This document shows positions 9,001 to 19,600 of a stretch of 64,000 nt of DNA, in pieces. Position numbers and translations under genes: made by a program. The stretch is taken from positions 1 through 64,000 of IMG/VR virus record IMGVR_UViG_3300032322_002561, one strand, 5' to 3'. Below the pieces are notes generated by a model. The model was not told where the DNA came from and made no database searches. It was given only the letters and a program-made list of their open reading frames with translations. Each line of letters begins with the position of its first letter. Within the stretch, counting starts at the first letter, position 1.

Positions 9001-10230
9001 ATGGCAACAACATTTTTTCCTGAAGATCAAGATCCAGACCTGGACCCTGAACTGCCGCAACCAGAGCAAGAGCAGTTTGTGGAAGAATTCACGCCTGAGC
9101 CCTTGACTGTCCCCCCAGGAGCCGATCCTGATGAAGAATTTGTAGAAAGTTTTGAGCCACTTAATCAAGAGTTGCCCGAGGATCAATTTGTTGAGCGTGA
9201 TGGGCTTTTTGTGTTGGCATCCGAAGCAGAACCAGTGCCCGACGAGGATGGATTTATAGAAACCCCGGGTGGCTTGAGAGTACTGAAAGAGGATCTGGAT
9301 GCCGAGCAGGACGAAGCTGTATTCCGTCAACAACAGGAAGACCAAGGAGTACCACAAGCCCTGAATGTTGACAGCGAAGAAAGCCTCAATCAGCTTAATA
9401 TTCAGGCCAAGGTCAAACAAGCGCAAGACCAAGCCACAATACAGCAAAGATACAATCAGACCACTCAGGGCGATTGGCGTGTACGCATACGTTTGGCACC
9501 AGGCGCCAATTATCTCTACAATGACACCACCAATGCTCTGCTGGCTCCATTGCGTGCCAGTAATGGTGTTATATTTCCTTATACGCCCACAATAAGCACC
9601 AGTTTCAATGCCAACTATGACAAGTATGATTTGACACACAGCAATTATCGTGGCTACTTTTACAAAAACAGCAACGTGGGCGACATACAAATCATTGGAG
9701 AATTCACAGCTCAGGACACTGCCGAAGCCGAATATCTCTTGGCCACAATTGTGTTTTTTAGATCAGTCACCAAGATGTTCTACGGCAAAGACACTTTTCG
9801 TGGAGCACCTCCGCCCTTGGTAGAACTGTCGGGAATGGGCCAATATCAGTTCAACAATCATCCTTGCCTGTTGGCCAGCTTCAATTACAGCCTGCCCAAA
9901 GATGTTGATTACATTAGAGTCACGCCCAACAATCAAGGCATAAATCTAAGCCCCAGACGCAATCAAGTCAGTAGCAGTCCTGGTAGCACCATACAAAGCG
10001 TGTTGCGCAGATTGGAAACAATTGGTGTTCCGAGGGGCGCAGTTGGACAACCCGGCGACCTGGGTGTGGTGACCAGCACAGTAAATGGTACTGGACAAAG
10101 TACCTACGTGCCTACCAAGATGGAAATTCAAATTACCTTGTTGCCAGTTCAGACTCGCCAACAAGTCAGTCAACAATTCAGTGTCAAGAATTTTGCCAAT
10201 GGTAACTTACTCAAGGGAGGATTCTGGTAA
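9001..10230 (+). CDS. Baseplate/tail-tube initiator-like protein with acidic N-terminal extension
   Basis: GVIFPYTPTI...THSNY...FTAQ...FFRSVTKMFYG...PPPLVELSGMGQYQF tube-like domain; first gene of the baseplate cluster. Confidence 0.65.
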   Translation: MATTFFPEDQDPDLDPELPQPEQEQFVEEFTPEPLTVPPGADPDEEFVESFEPLNQELPEDQFVERDGLFVLASEAEPVPDEDGFIETPGGLRVLKEDLDAEQDEAVFRQQQEDQGVPQALNVDSEESLNQLNIQAKVKQAQDQATIQQRYNQTTQGDWRVRIRLAPGANYLYNDTTNALLAPLRASNGVIFPYTPTISTSFNANYDKYDLTHSNYRGYFYKNSNVGDIQIIGEFTAQDTAEAEYLLATIVFFRSVTKMFYGKDTFRGAPPPLVELSGMGQYQFNNHPCLLASFNYSLPKDVDYIRVTPNNQGINLSPRRNQVSSSPGSTIQSVLRRLETIGVPRGAVGQPGDLGVVTSTVNGTGQSTYVPTKMEIQITLLPVQTRQQVSQQFSVKNFANGNLLKGGFW

Positions 10231-10529
10231 TGGCCAACTATGACGCAACCAGTCCCTATTATCTAACTCAGTACAGTCAGTTCTTTTTGGATGTCATGAT
10301 CAATCGACCAATTCCGCAGGAAAGTGATGACTTGCAACTGACCATTAATCTTACCTATCAGTATAGACCCGATCTTCTGGCCTATGACTTGTATGGTACA
10401 GGGTCTTTATGGTGGGTGTTTTATCAACGCAATCCCAATACTTTGACCAAACCTCCCTTAGACTTCAAGGCTGGCACCAAAATATATCTTCCAAAAGAAT
10501 CTACTCTGAAATCAACTCTGGGCTACTAA
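10230..10529 (+). CDS. gp53: Baseplate wedge subunit (gp53-like, LysM-like)
   Basis: YRPDLLAYDLYGTGSLWWVFYQRN...G..IYLP motif, 99 aa. Confidence 0.8.
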   Translation: MANYDATSPYYLTQYSQFFLDVMINRPIPQESDDLQLTINLTYQYRPDLLAYDLYGTGSLWWVFYQRNPNTLTKPPLDFKAGTKIYLPKESTLKSTLGY

Positions 10530-10532
10530 GGC

Positions 10533-13520
10533 ATGGCAGATCCAATCATTCCAGACACGCTATCAGACGGCGACGGCGATCTTGGACTAGATCCAGAAAC
10601 CATCACTCTTGAACAGAGTCAAGGTGTAAACGAATACGAATCTGAACTACAAGGCGAATTGTTGCAGGAACCGTTGCAGTTGCCGCCCGGTGCTGAACCC
10701 GATGAAGTCACAGCTCTAGATGAAAGTGATGGTCCCATACTGCTCAACGAGCAAGCTCCCAATCTTACCACATCAGCCGGCGCTGGAGCCAATGATGACA
10801 ATCAGGGACTTGGTGCCTCCTTGGGATTTTTTAACAACAATGGCTCGCCCAGCAGATCAGGCTCAACCGGAGCCACGGGCAAAATTACACCACAACCCAA
10901 TGTGTTGGATCGTTTTGCCACTTATACCTATACAGCCAGCGTGTATCTCATGAGTCCAGAGCAGTTGGACATATACACAAAAACTGGCAAGCGTTCGGTG
11001 CAAGGCTATAATCTTTTGTTTCAAAGTGGTGGAGCACCCAACAACATTGGTGGAGCCCAAGGAGCTCTCAGTGCTGAAGGGTTAGCAGCCAGTCTGGGGC
11101 TTGAAGGAGCCACTAGTCCAAGCACACCCACATCACAGCAGACAGATTCAGGACGCAATCCTTTTTTTCCCTTGGACTATTACATAGACTCTATTACCTT
11201 GAACAACAGTCTGTTTGGTCGCAGCACCAATGCCGCTCACAGCACTGTGGACATGAAATTTACTGTGGTTGAACCCAATGGCATTACCCTAATTGACAAC
11301 ATGTATCGTGCTGTGCAGGATATTGCACCACGCACAGCCGCTGGTAGTATAAACTATGCTGCTGCAGTGTATCTCATGGTGATAAGATTTTACGGACAAG
11401 ATCTCAACGGTGTTGTACAACGTGTGGGTGCGGCCGATCCAGGCACTGGTCTCAGTGATCCCAACGCTGTGGTAGAAAAATTTATTCCCTTCAAAATTAA
11501 AGAAATAAAATTCAGTGTCAGCAACAAGTTGGTTACCTATGATTTTGAAACAGCTCCAATTGGTCAAATGATTGGAGCCGGCACACGTCGCGGCACAATA
11601 CCGGCCGATATTGAACTCAGTGCCACCACGGTGGGGAAAATGCTTACTGGTGATGTTGAATACAGTTCAGCCACCAGCAGTTCCAATGCTCCAGGAGCCA
11701 GCACCACAGCAGCCAATACCACACCCACAGATGGACGTGCCAGCTCCACACAGCCAAACAATGAAACTCCAGAATCACCACCCAAGGCCAACAATGCACC
11801 CAATACCAAACGCACAATCAAGCAAGGCCTCATGGCGGCCATGAACGAATTTCAAAAAGAACTAGTCAAGAAAAAAATTTACGATGTGGCCGATGAATAC
11901 ATCTTGGAATTTGCCAACGGGGCTGAAGCCATACGCGATGGTAAAATTTCTAAGCCCGACAAGAAAGTCAACAAAAGTGCCACGCCCATGAGCGAAGCAC
12001 CCAGCCAAAACAGTCAAACTGCCAGCCCTGACAAAAGTGCCATGGATGTAACTGCACGCAACTGGGGTGTCACAGCCGGCATGCAACTGGTACAAGTGAT
12101 TGATTTAATCATACGCAACAGCAGTTACATCACTGACCAGGCCTTAGTCACCATTGACGAAGATTCTGGCAAGCCAGTGCCCAATCCCAAGGCTGGCACA
12201 CGCGGCATGAAGTGGTACAACATACTCATGGAAACCACACAGTTGGACTATGACAAAAAACGCAACGACTTTGCCTATAGAATCAAGTACATCATAGTGC
12301 CTTATACCTTGACCGACTTTGACAGTCCCTATTTCCCCATTGGCAATTTTAGAGGCCTGCACAAACGCTATCCCTATTGGTTCACCGGTGAAAACACACA
12401 GGTCTTGGACTATCAGGCTTCGTTCAACAAACTTTATGTGCTCACTGTGTCAGGACCACCTGGTAGCACCGGCTTGGAAAATGTACGCAAAAAGTACACC
12501 TCCAGCATGCGAGACATTGCCTATTATCAGTATCAAGCACGCAGTACAGAATCGGCTCAGGGAGCCGAGGGCAAGGCCAACGAACTGGCAGCGTCGGCGG
12601 CCGAGTACTTGTATAATCCCAGCGACAATGGCAATGCCAAGATAAGAATCATAGGCGATCCAGCCTGGATACAACAGGGCAGTGTGGCCAATTCTATTGA
12701 TCCCAAATCACTCAAATACGGACCATTTTTACCGGATGGTACCATCAATTTTGATGTCAATGACATAATGTTCGAAATCGCCTGGCAAAAACCGCAAGAC
12801 TATGATCTAGCATCTGGCATAGCCGATCCCTACAAGGCCACCAGTCGCACATTTGGCGATCGAACACCCATACAAAGCGTGGTATATCGTGCCAAGAGTG
12901 TGGTCAGCGAATTCAAGCAAGGTCGTTTTGAAACCACGTTGGAAGGCACCTTGTATCAGTATCCAGTGCCCAGCGGAGCAAACAAGGCTTCGACCGCCAG
13001 CAATCCTGTGCCTAATACTTCAATAAATTCTGCCGACCTGGTCAATGATGGCAGCGATGGTGAATCTAACTCCTCTGGCTTGAGTTCAGAGCTGGTGCGT
13101 GAACCCTTGGATGAACAAACTGGCAACACTGGCGATAGAATCAGCGGAGACCAATTCCAAGGCGAGGAAGAACTAGTGCAACTGGGCTATAATGATTTCA
13201 GTCAAAGTGCTGAATACGAAAATTATGGTGGCCCTGGGCTTGTAGCCGAGCCCGATCTTGCCAGTATTGATCCAGGAACTGGATCGGGAGAATTTGTGGC
13301 AGACTCGCCCACCAGTGCTGACACAGCCTCACCTGCCGAACCCGATGCCGAAGTAGAAAGCAACGGTGTTATTGTGGGCACAGGAACCGGACAAGCTATT
13401 CCGGTCAGTGGTAGATTAAGCGCGGCTCAGCGTGCGGAGATAAATCAAAACACACTGGGTTTTGATATAGAACTCAATCCAGTACCGGTAAATCCACAAA
13501 TCATTGCAAGAGATTGGTAA
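10533..13520 (+). CDS. Baseplate hub-like protein with acidic disordered termini
   Basis: Position between gp53 and gp5; C-terminal IRIIGDPAWI...YRAKSVVSEFKQGRFETTLEG hub-like motifs. Confidence 0.6.
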   Translation: MADPIIPDTLSDGDGDLGLDPETITLEQSQGVNEYESELQGELLQEPLQLPPGAEPDEVTALDESDGPILLNEQAPNLTTSAGAGANDDNQGLGASLGFFNNNGSPSRSGSTGATGKITPQPNVLDRFATYTYTASVYLMSPEQLDIYTKTGKRSVQGYNLLFQSGGAPNNIGGAQGALSAEGLAASLGLEGATSPSTPTSQQTDSGRNPFFPLDYYIDSITLNNSLFGRSTNAAHSTVDMKFTVVEPNGITLIDNMYRAVQDIAPRTAAGSINYAAAVYLMVIRFYGQDLNGVVQRVGAADPGTGLSDPNAVVEKFIPFKIKEIKFSVSNKLVTYDFETAPIGQMIGAGTRRGTIPADIELSATTVGKMLTGDVEYSSATSSSNAPGASTTAANTTPTDGRASSTQPNNETPESPPKANNAPNTKRTIKQGLMAAMNEFQKELVKKKIYDVADEYILEFANGAEAIRDGKISKPDKKVNKSATPMSEAPSQNSQTASPDKSAMDVTARNWGVTAGMQLVQVIDLIIRNSSYITDQALVTIDEDSGKPVPNPKAGTRGMKWYNILMETTQLDYDKKRNDFAYRIKYIIVPYTLTDFDSPYFPIGNFRGLHKRYPYWFTGENTQVLDYQASFNKLYVLTVSGPPGSTGLENVRKKYTSSMRDIAYYQYQARSTESAQGAEGKANELAASAAEYLYNPSDNGNAKIRIIGDPAWIQQGSVANSIDPKSLKYGPFLPDGTINFDVNDIMFEIAWQKPQDYDLASGIADPYKATSRTFGDRTPIQSVVYRAKSVVSEFKQGRFETTLEGTLYQYPVPSGANKASTASNPVPNTSINSADLVNDGSDGESNSSGLSSELVREPLDEQTGNTGDRISGDQFQGEEELVQLGYNDFSQSAEYENYGGPGLVAEPDLASIDPGTGSGEFVADSPTSADTASPAEPDAEVESNGVIVGTGTGQAIPVSGRLSAAQRAEINQNTLGFDIELNPVPVNPQIIARDW

Positions 13521-13523
13521 CAC

Positions 13524-15023
13524 ATGGCAGAAGAGATACAACGCAGTCGCGGTAGACCTGGAAATTATCGACAAGATCGCGGTGGCACACCAGCCGAATA
13601 TGGTCCCTATCTGGGCATTGTAAAAAACAACGTGGACCCAACTCGGTCAGGACGTTTACAGGTTTACATTGAAGCCTTTGGAGATGGCGGCGAAAAAGAC
13701 GACAACAAGTGGACCACAGTCAGTTATTTGCCGCCGTTTTATGGAGCCACACCCCCGGGCGGCAGCGCACGCGAAGGCACTGGCGGATATCCAGGCAATC
13801 AAAACAGCTATGGCATGTGGTTTACCCCTCCCGATGTGGGAGTAACTGTGGTTTGTATATTTGTCAATGGTGATCGCAGTCAGGGCTATTACATAGGTGC
13901 TGTACCAGAAAACGGCATCAACCACATGGTGCCAGCTATAGGTGCCGAAGCCAAGTACATTCCGGGCAATGCCAATCAGAAAACATATTTTGCTAATGCA
14001 CCCTTGATGCCAGTTACAGAAATCAACAACAACAACATCAAGATTGATAACAACGCAAGATTTTTTGATCAACCCAAACCCATACAAAGTGTGGTAGCTG
14101 CCAGTTTTTTCCAACAAGGTGTGGCCAAAGATATCGAGCGCGGCCCCATACGCAGTAGCAGTCAACGTGAAAGTCCCAGTGCTGTGTTTGGCATCAGTAC
14201 TCCGGGCATTCCCATTTATCAAGGCGGACTAACACCCAAGGACGCCAGACAAAAACTCAATTCAGGCACAGTCAAGCCCAACGACATCAACGTGATTGGT
14301 CGCATGGGTGGGCATACATTTGTCATGGACGATGGCGACATCGATGGCAACAATCAACTGTTTAGATTGCGCACAGCCAAAGGTCATCAGATCATGATGA
14401 ATGACACAGGAAATTTTTTACAAATCATGCATGCCAACGGACAAACCTGGATTGAACTAGGTGTGGAAGGCACTGTGGATGTATTCAGTACCAACAGCGT
14501 GAACATACGCACTCAAGGCGATCTCAATTTGCATGCCGATCAAGACATCAACATGTATGCCGGGCGTGACATAAAAATGAAAAGCGCAGCCAGTACCACA
14601 ATAGAATCTGCAGTGAACTTGTCTATGATTGCGCAGGCTTCGGTAGCCATATACAGCAAGGCCACAGTGGCAGTCAAGGCCGATGGTAGCTTGGCCTTGC
14701 AAAGCGAAGGCGGAAGCTGGAATGGAGGTGGAAGTTTGGCATTCACTGGCGGCGGAATTGATTTAAATGGACCAGCAGCGGCTTCTGTGGTGGCGCCAAC
14801 TCCCATACAAAAAACCACGCTGGATGACACAACATTTAATACCAGCACAGGTTGGCAGGTAGAAGCCGCAGCCTTGGAAAGCATTGTGTCTAGAGCACCC
14901 ACACATGAGCCCTATCCCTATCACAACAAGGGTGTCGATGCACGAGTAACATTTGAGGAAGGATCTGCACCACCGCCAGCCAGTGAACCTGTGCCGTCTG
15001 GTGTGGAGATACAGGCGCTATGA
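13524..15023 (+). CDS. gp5: Baseplate central spike (gp5/VgrG-like OB fold plus beta-helix, no lysozyme domain)
   Basis: GIVKNNVDPTRSGRLQVYI...WFTPPDVGVTVVCIFVNGD...YIGAVP; GHTFVMDD; RTAKGHQIMMND; beta-strand repeats. Confidence 0.85.
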   Translation: MAEEIQRSRGRPGNYRQDRGGTPAEYGPYLGIVKNNVDPTRSGRLQVYIEAFGDGGEKDDNKWTTVSYLPPFYGATPPGGSAREGTGGYPGNQNSYGMWFTPPDVGVTVVCIFVNGDRSQGYYIGAVPENGINHMVPAIGAEAKYIPGNANQKTYFANAPLMPVTEINNNNIKIDNNARFFDQPKPIQSVVAASFFQQGVAKDIERGPIRSSSQRESPSAVFGISTPGIPIYQGGLTPKDARQKLNSGTVKPNDINVIGRMGGHTFVMDDGDIDGNNQLFRLRTAKGHQIMMNDTGNFLQIMHANGQTWIELGVEGTVDVFSTNSVNIRTQGDLNLHADQDINMYAGRDIKMKSAASTTIESAVNLSMIAQASVAIYSKATVAVKADGSLALQSEGGSWNGGGSLAFTGGGIDLNGPAAASVVAPTPIQKTTLDDTTFNTSTGWQVEAAALESIVSRAPTHEPYPYHNKGVDARVTFEEGSAPPPASEPVPSGVEIQAL

Positions 15024-16168
15024 GTCAATACACATTTATTGATCCAGACACCGGCAGAGAATTCACGGTCAAGGGCGGTTCAGGTCTTACAGAAGCACAG
15101 GCCTTTGACATTTACAATCAACAACGTGACACTGGTGCGCTGGTAAATCTCAAACCCGGGGACATACTCAGTGCCGCCAGTCAAGTTTCTGCGGGATTCG
15201 CAGGGGCCTTGTCGCAAGTGGCACAGGGCTTGGCCGGTATTGCAGGAAGTGCCACTGGAGCCCTGGGCGGCGCCATAAACAAAGTCAAACAAACAGCCAC
15301 TGGTCTTATTTCAGCACCAACCTTGAGCAATGGACTAACCGGTGCGTTGGGTACAGCTCGCAGTGTGGCCAGTCAGGCCTTGTCTGGGATAGCCACGGCT
15401 GCCAAGTCTTTGCCAGTCACAAATGGTATCACAGTGGCCAACTACGCCAAGCAGGCCACAGCCTTGATGCCAATCAAGGGCGTTGTGTCCAATATTACAG
15501 CATTGTCGTCACTGCCGGTAACAGGACTCACCAACAACAATGTTACTGCCACCTTGGCACAGGCGCAAAAGCTTACTGGACAATCATCCTCGGCAATTTC
15601 AAACTCCCTGGGTGTAGGCAAATATGGTCTTAGTTGCACACAACTAGAACTAGCAGGGGTGGTCAAACCAGGCACCTATAGCAAGTACTTGGCATCAGGC
15701 ACTGGCAATCTTACATCGGTGTTAAACAGTCCGGCTGTGTGGACTGGTAAAAATGGCATCAAAAATGTGGATAATCTTTTGAGTTCCACAGTGAGTCAAG
15801 ACAAAATACAACAAACGCTCATGACCAATGGTCTACAGAGTGTGGCACAATTGGGCATTCCGGTGAGTCAGTTAAATCCACAACAGTTGGCAGGCACTGC
15901 TCTTAATGCGGCCAAATCTGCTGCGGACACAGTGTCCTGGGCCACCGGTGCCCTGGGCGGTTCAGCTAAGACAGAATATGATACCACTGCTAGAGATGCG
16001 GCTTATGCCGTGGATTTCAGTGAGGAAAAAATTGACACTGCCATGAGTGATCAAGAAGTTCCTCCTGCAGCCACACAAACAGTAGATCGTAACACACTTG
16101 ATGCCGCGGTGAATCGTATCATAGGTAACAAGAAAATCCCCACAGTTGATTATACCAGTGATGCCTGA
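15020..16168 (+). CDS. Virion protein, Ala/Gly-rich with a degenerate lysozyme-like segment
   Basis: ATGA-coupled to gp5; GVGKYG...LELAGVVKPG...WTGKNGI segment. Confidence 0.55.
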   Translation: MSQYTFIDPDTGREFTVKGGSGLTEAQAFDIYNQQRDTGALVNLKPGDILSAASQVSAGFAGALSQVAQGLAGIAGSATGALGGAINKVKQTATGLISAPTLSNGLTGALGTARSVASQALSGIATAAKSLPVTNGITVANYAKQATALMPIKGVVSNITALSSLPVTGLTNNNVTATLAQAQKLTGQSSSAISNSLGVGKYGLSCTQLELAGVVKPGTYSKYLASGTGNLTSVLNSPAVWTGKNGIKNVDNLLSSTVSQDKIQQTLMTNGLQSVAQLGIPVSQLNPQQLAGTALNAAKSAADTVSWATGALGGSAKTEYDTTARDAAYAVDFSEEKIDTAMSDQEVPPAATQTVDRNTLDAAVNRIIGNKKIPTVDYTSDA

Positions 16169-16170
16169 TC

Positions 16171-16178
16171 TATAAATA
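16171..16178 (+). promoter_or_regulatory. T4 late promoter consensus TATAAATA
   Basis: Exact consensus, 5 nt before the gp25 ATG. Confidence 0.8.
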
Positions 16179-16183
16179 TTGAC

Positions 16184-16558
16184 ATGACCACATTTATTGG
16201 ATTCAACACCATTGGACAACGCAAAAAATTCACCCTAGTGGATTTTCCCTTAATTCAACGCGATTTGCTCAATGCTTTTAACATACGTCAAGGCGAGTTG
16301 CCTGGTAGACCAGCCTATGGAACTGTGATGTGGGACTTTATTTTTGAAAATCAAATTGAAGAACTACAACGCAACGTTGAGATTGAAGTACAACGAGTGG
16401 CCGGCGGCGATCCTAGGATCCAAGTCAGCAACGTACAGGTATTCCCACAAGAAAACGGTTTGTTGATACAGTTACAAATCACTATTTTACCCACCACTAA
16501 CGCAGAAATTCTCAGCATATTTTTTGATCTGCAACAACGTCGTGCCAGCTACATCTAA
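16184..16558 (+). CDS. gp25: Baseplate wedge subunit (gp25/GPW family)
   Basis: LIQRDLLNAFNIRQGELPGRPAYGTVMWDFIFE...DPRI motif, 124 aa. Confidence 0.9.
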   Translation: MTTFIGFNTIGQRKKFTLVDFPLIQRDLLNAFNIRQGELPGRPAYGTVMWDFIFENQIEELQRNVEIEVQRVAGGDPRIQVSNVQVFPQENGLLIQLQITILPTTNAEILSIFFDLQQRRASYI

Positions 16559-16579
16559 AACTCTGCCGTTTTAGATCTC

Positions 16580-16587
16580 AATAAATA
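16580..16587 (+). promoter_or_regulatory. Late promoter (AATAAATA)
   Basis: TAAATA core in the 50-nt gap before gp6. Confidence 0.65.
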
Positions 16588-16608
16588 CTGTCAACAAGGC
16601 TGGTATAC

Positions 16609-19600
16609 ATGGCAAAAACCACAAGACAAACTGCAATATTTGGCGTAGAGGACTGGAAGCAGATCTATCAAACCTATCGTGAGGCTGATTTCCAGAGTTA
16701 TGATTTTGAAACTCTGCGCAAGAGCTTTATTGATTATCTGCGCCTGTACTATCCTGAAACTTTCAATGATTATATTGAAAGCAGCGAGTTTATTGCCCTG
16801 CTAGATGTGATTGCATTTATGGGTCAAAGTCTGGCCTTTCGCACCGACCTAAACACACGTGAAAATTATCTAGACACCGCCGAACGCAGGGATTCGGTCA
16901 CACGTTTGGCCAACTTGATCAGCTATACTGCCAAACGCAACACAGCCGCTTCAGGATTCTTAAAAGTGTTTAGTGTGCAGACCACAGAAAATGTGATAGA
17001 CTACACCGGCACCAATCTCAGCAATGTCACAGTGGATTGGGCAGATCCCACTAATCCAGACTGGCAGGAGCAATTTACCACAATTATCAATGCGGCCTTG
17101 GTAGACAGTCAAAAAATTGGTCGCCCTGCTAATCGTCAAACCATTCTGGGTGTGCGAACCGACGAATACAGCATTAATCTTGTGCCTGGGTTTTTGCCAG
17201 TGATTCCCTATAATGCCACCATAGATGGCATTGCCATGCCTTTTGAAGCTGTAACTTCAACATCGGTAGATCGTGACTACATTTATGAACCTTCTCCAGT
17301 GGCCAGTTCGGTGTTTAATGTGCTGTACAAAAATGATCAACTGGGATTTGACAGTGCTAATACTGGCTATTTCTTTTATTTCAAACAGGGCACACTACAA
17401 AACCAAGACTTCAATCTCAGCGAGCGCATAGCCAATCGAACTGTGAACATCAACATAGAAGGCATCAACAACGAAGATCGTTGGCTGTTTCAACTAGACA
17501 ACGTGGGCAATATTTCGCGTGAGTGGACCTATGTGGAAAATATCTATTCTGCAGCCGTGGAACAAACGGCCGGTCTAAGACCCATTTACTCTACCACAAG
17601 TCGTGCCAACGATCAAATCACCATGGTATTTGGCGATGGTGTTTTCAGTGAAATTCCTGTGGGCATATTCCGCGCCTATGTGCGTGCTTCAAACGGCTTG
17701 CAGTATATTATCAACCCAGAAGAAATGCAAAACGTTGTGTTGCCTATAAGTTATATCAGTCGGTCTGGCAATCTAGAAACCATTACCTTTACTTGCGGCA
17801 TCACAAGACCTGTCAGCAATGCACAAAGTCGAGAACCCATTGCAGAAATCAAGCAACGTGCACCAGCTAGATACTACACACAGAATCGCATGGTCAACGG
17901 TGAAGACTATAATTTGTTTCCGTTTACCTTGTACAACAGCATCATAAAGAGCAAGGCTGTGAATCGTGCCAGCATTGGCACCAGCAGATATCTTGACCTA
18001 GTGGACAATACCGGCAAGTACAGTTCAACCAACAGTTTTGGCAGCGATGGCGGATTATGGAATCAAGACATACTGCCCACAATCTTGTTTTCTTGGACCA
18101 ATCGCAATGAAATTGCCGATGTAATCACCAATCAAATTCAGCCCAAGATCTTGGAAAGCACCATGAAGCAATTTTATTATGCAAACTTCCCAAGGCAATT
18201 GGTCAACAAATTTGATTTTGTATGCCAATCTACCACAGCTACCTTGAACACAATCACAACCAGTAGCACAGAATTTTTTGCTTTGGCTGCTAAAGGACAA
18301 ATTGTGGCAGGCTCGCCCATAGTGTTTACAGACACCTTGGGTGGACTCACTGCTGGGTTGCCATATTTTGTACGCACCATCAATGCTACAAATTCAACTT
18401 TTACAGTCAGCACGGCTCCCAATGGACAAAACAGTATTTTGACCACGGCCACGGGTGCCATGAATGCCACAGTGACCTTGACCACAGGCGGCACAAACTG
18501 GAATCAAAGCACTACATTGGCAAACGAAACCACAGGGTTTTTTAGAAATGCCGCACTAGAACCAGTGTCGGTGGGTGAATCCAATTCCACTGTGGTAAAA
18601 TATGCTGTGGTTGGCAGCCTTATAAGATTTACGCCACCCACAGGCTACTACTTTGATGTCAACAATAGATTGCAACTGGGAGTGCCAACTAGAGCCGGAG
18701 AAAGTTTGGAAATTTGGGCCAGCCCCATACGCATCATAGGCGATGGCGATGGCGATGGTCTGGGCAATTTGTCTGATGGAAGTGGACCAGTGATCTTGAA
18801 CAATTTTGTGCCAACTGGTGCTATCATGGACATTGTTATTCCAGTGTTTGCCACAGATCTTCCACTGAGTATTCAAACACAAATGACCGAACAATTTTTG
18901 TTGTTTAGAAATTTTGGTCTTGGCTACGACAACGACGGTTCAATAACCGGAGTACCATACTCGTGGTACTTGATAACATCTACCAATCTTGATGTAGATG
19001 CCACCTGGAGCGAACAGTATGCTGGCAATACCACTGGAGCCAATTTAGATGCAAGTTGGCTGATTCAATTTGTAGTGGTAAATCAAAATTATACCATAAC
19101 CTTTCGTGGACTCAGCTACAGCTTTGGCAGTGTGCTACAAACACGCTTCTTTTTCTATGATGGACAACAAATATATGACAGTCGCACCGGTACAGTGATC
19201 AAGGACTATATCAATGTGCTGGCTGTAAATACTCGGCCAGACTCTGCCTTGCCCTTGAGTGGCGATATCATAATGAACATAACTGGTCAGCCAGTTGAAA
19301 GTGATGGCTATGTTGATGACTTCCAGGTTCAAGTGGGATTCAGAGACAGCGACAATGATGGCATTCCTGACAATCCAGATTTCTTTGATGAGATTGTGGC
19401 GGCCAATATTAACTCCAATCAAAAATATGTGTTTTTTCAACAGACCGTGGATTTTGATAACTTACAACGTTATCTCTTGGTAGAACCTGGAGTAGTCAAC
19501 AGTGATTATGCCACGCTGGATGATATTGAAGCAGAAAAATTCAAATGGAGTCCGGGTCAGGTATTTTATGCATATACCGAAAATACATTCTATCGACTCA

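Noticed and set aside
8956-9690. 244-aa minus-strand ORF, and many other antisense or nested ORFs in the track (e.g. 2758-3270, 13656-14222, 19462-19983)
   Set aside because: Shadow frames of well-supported genes on the other strand or frame, with no motifs or start context
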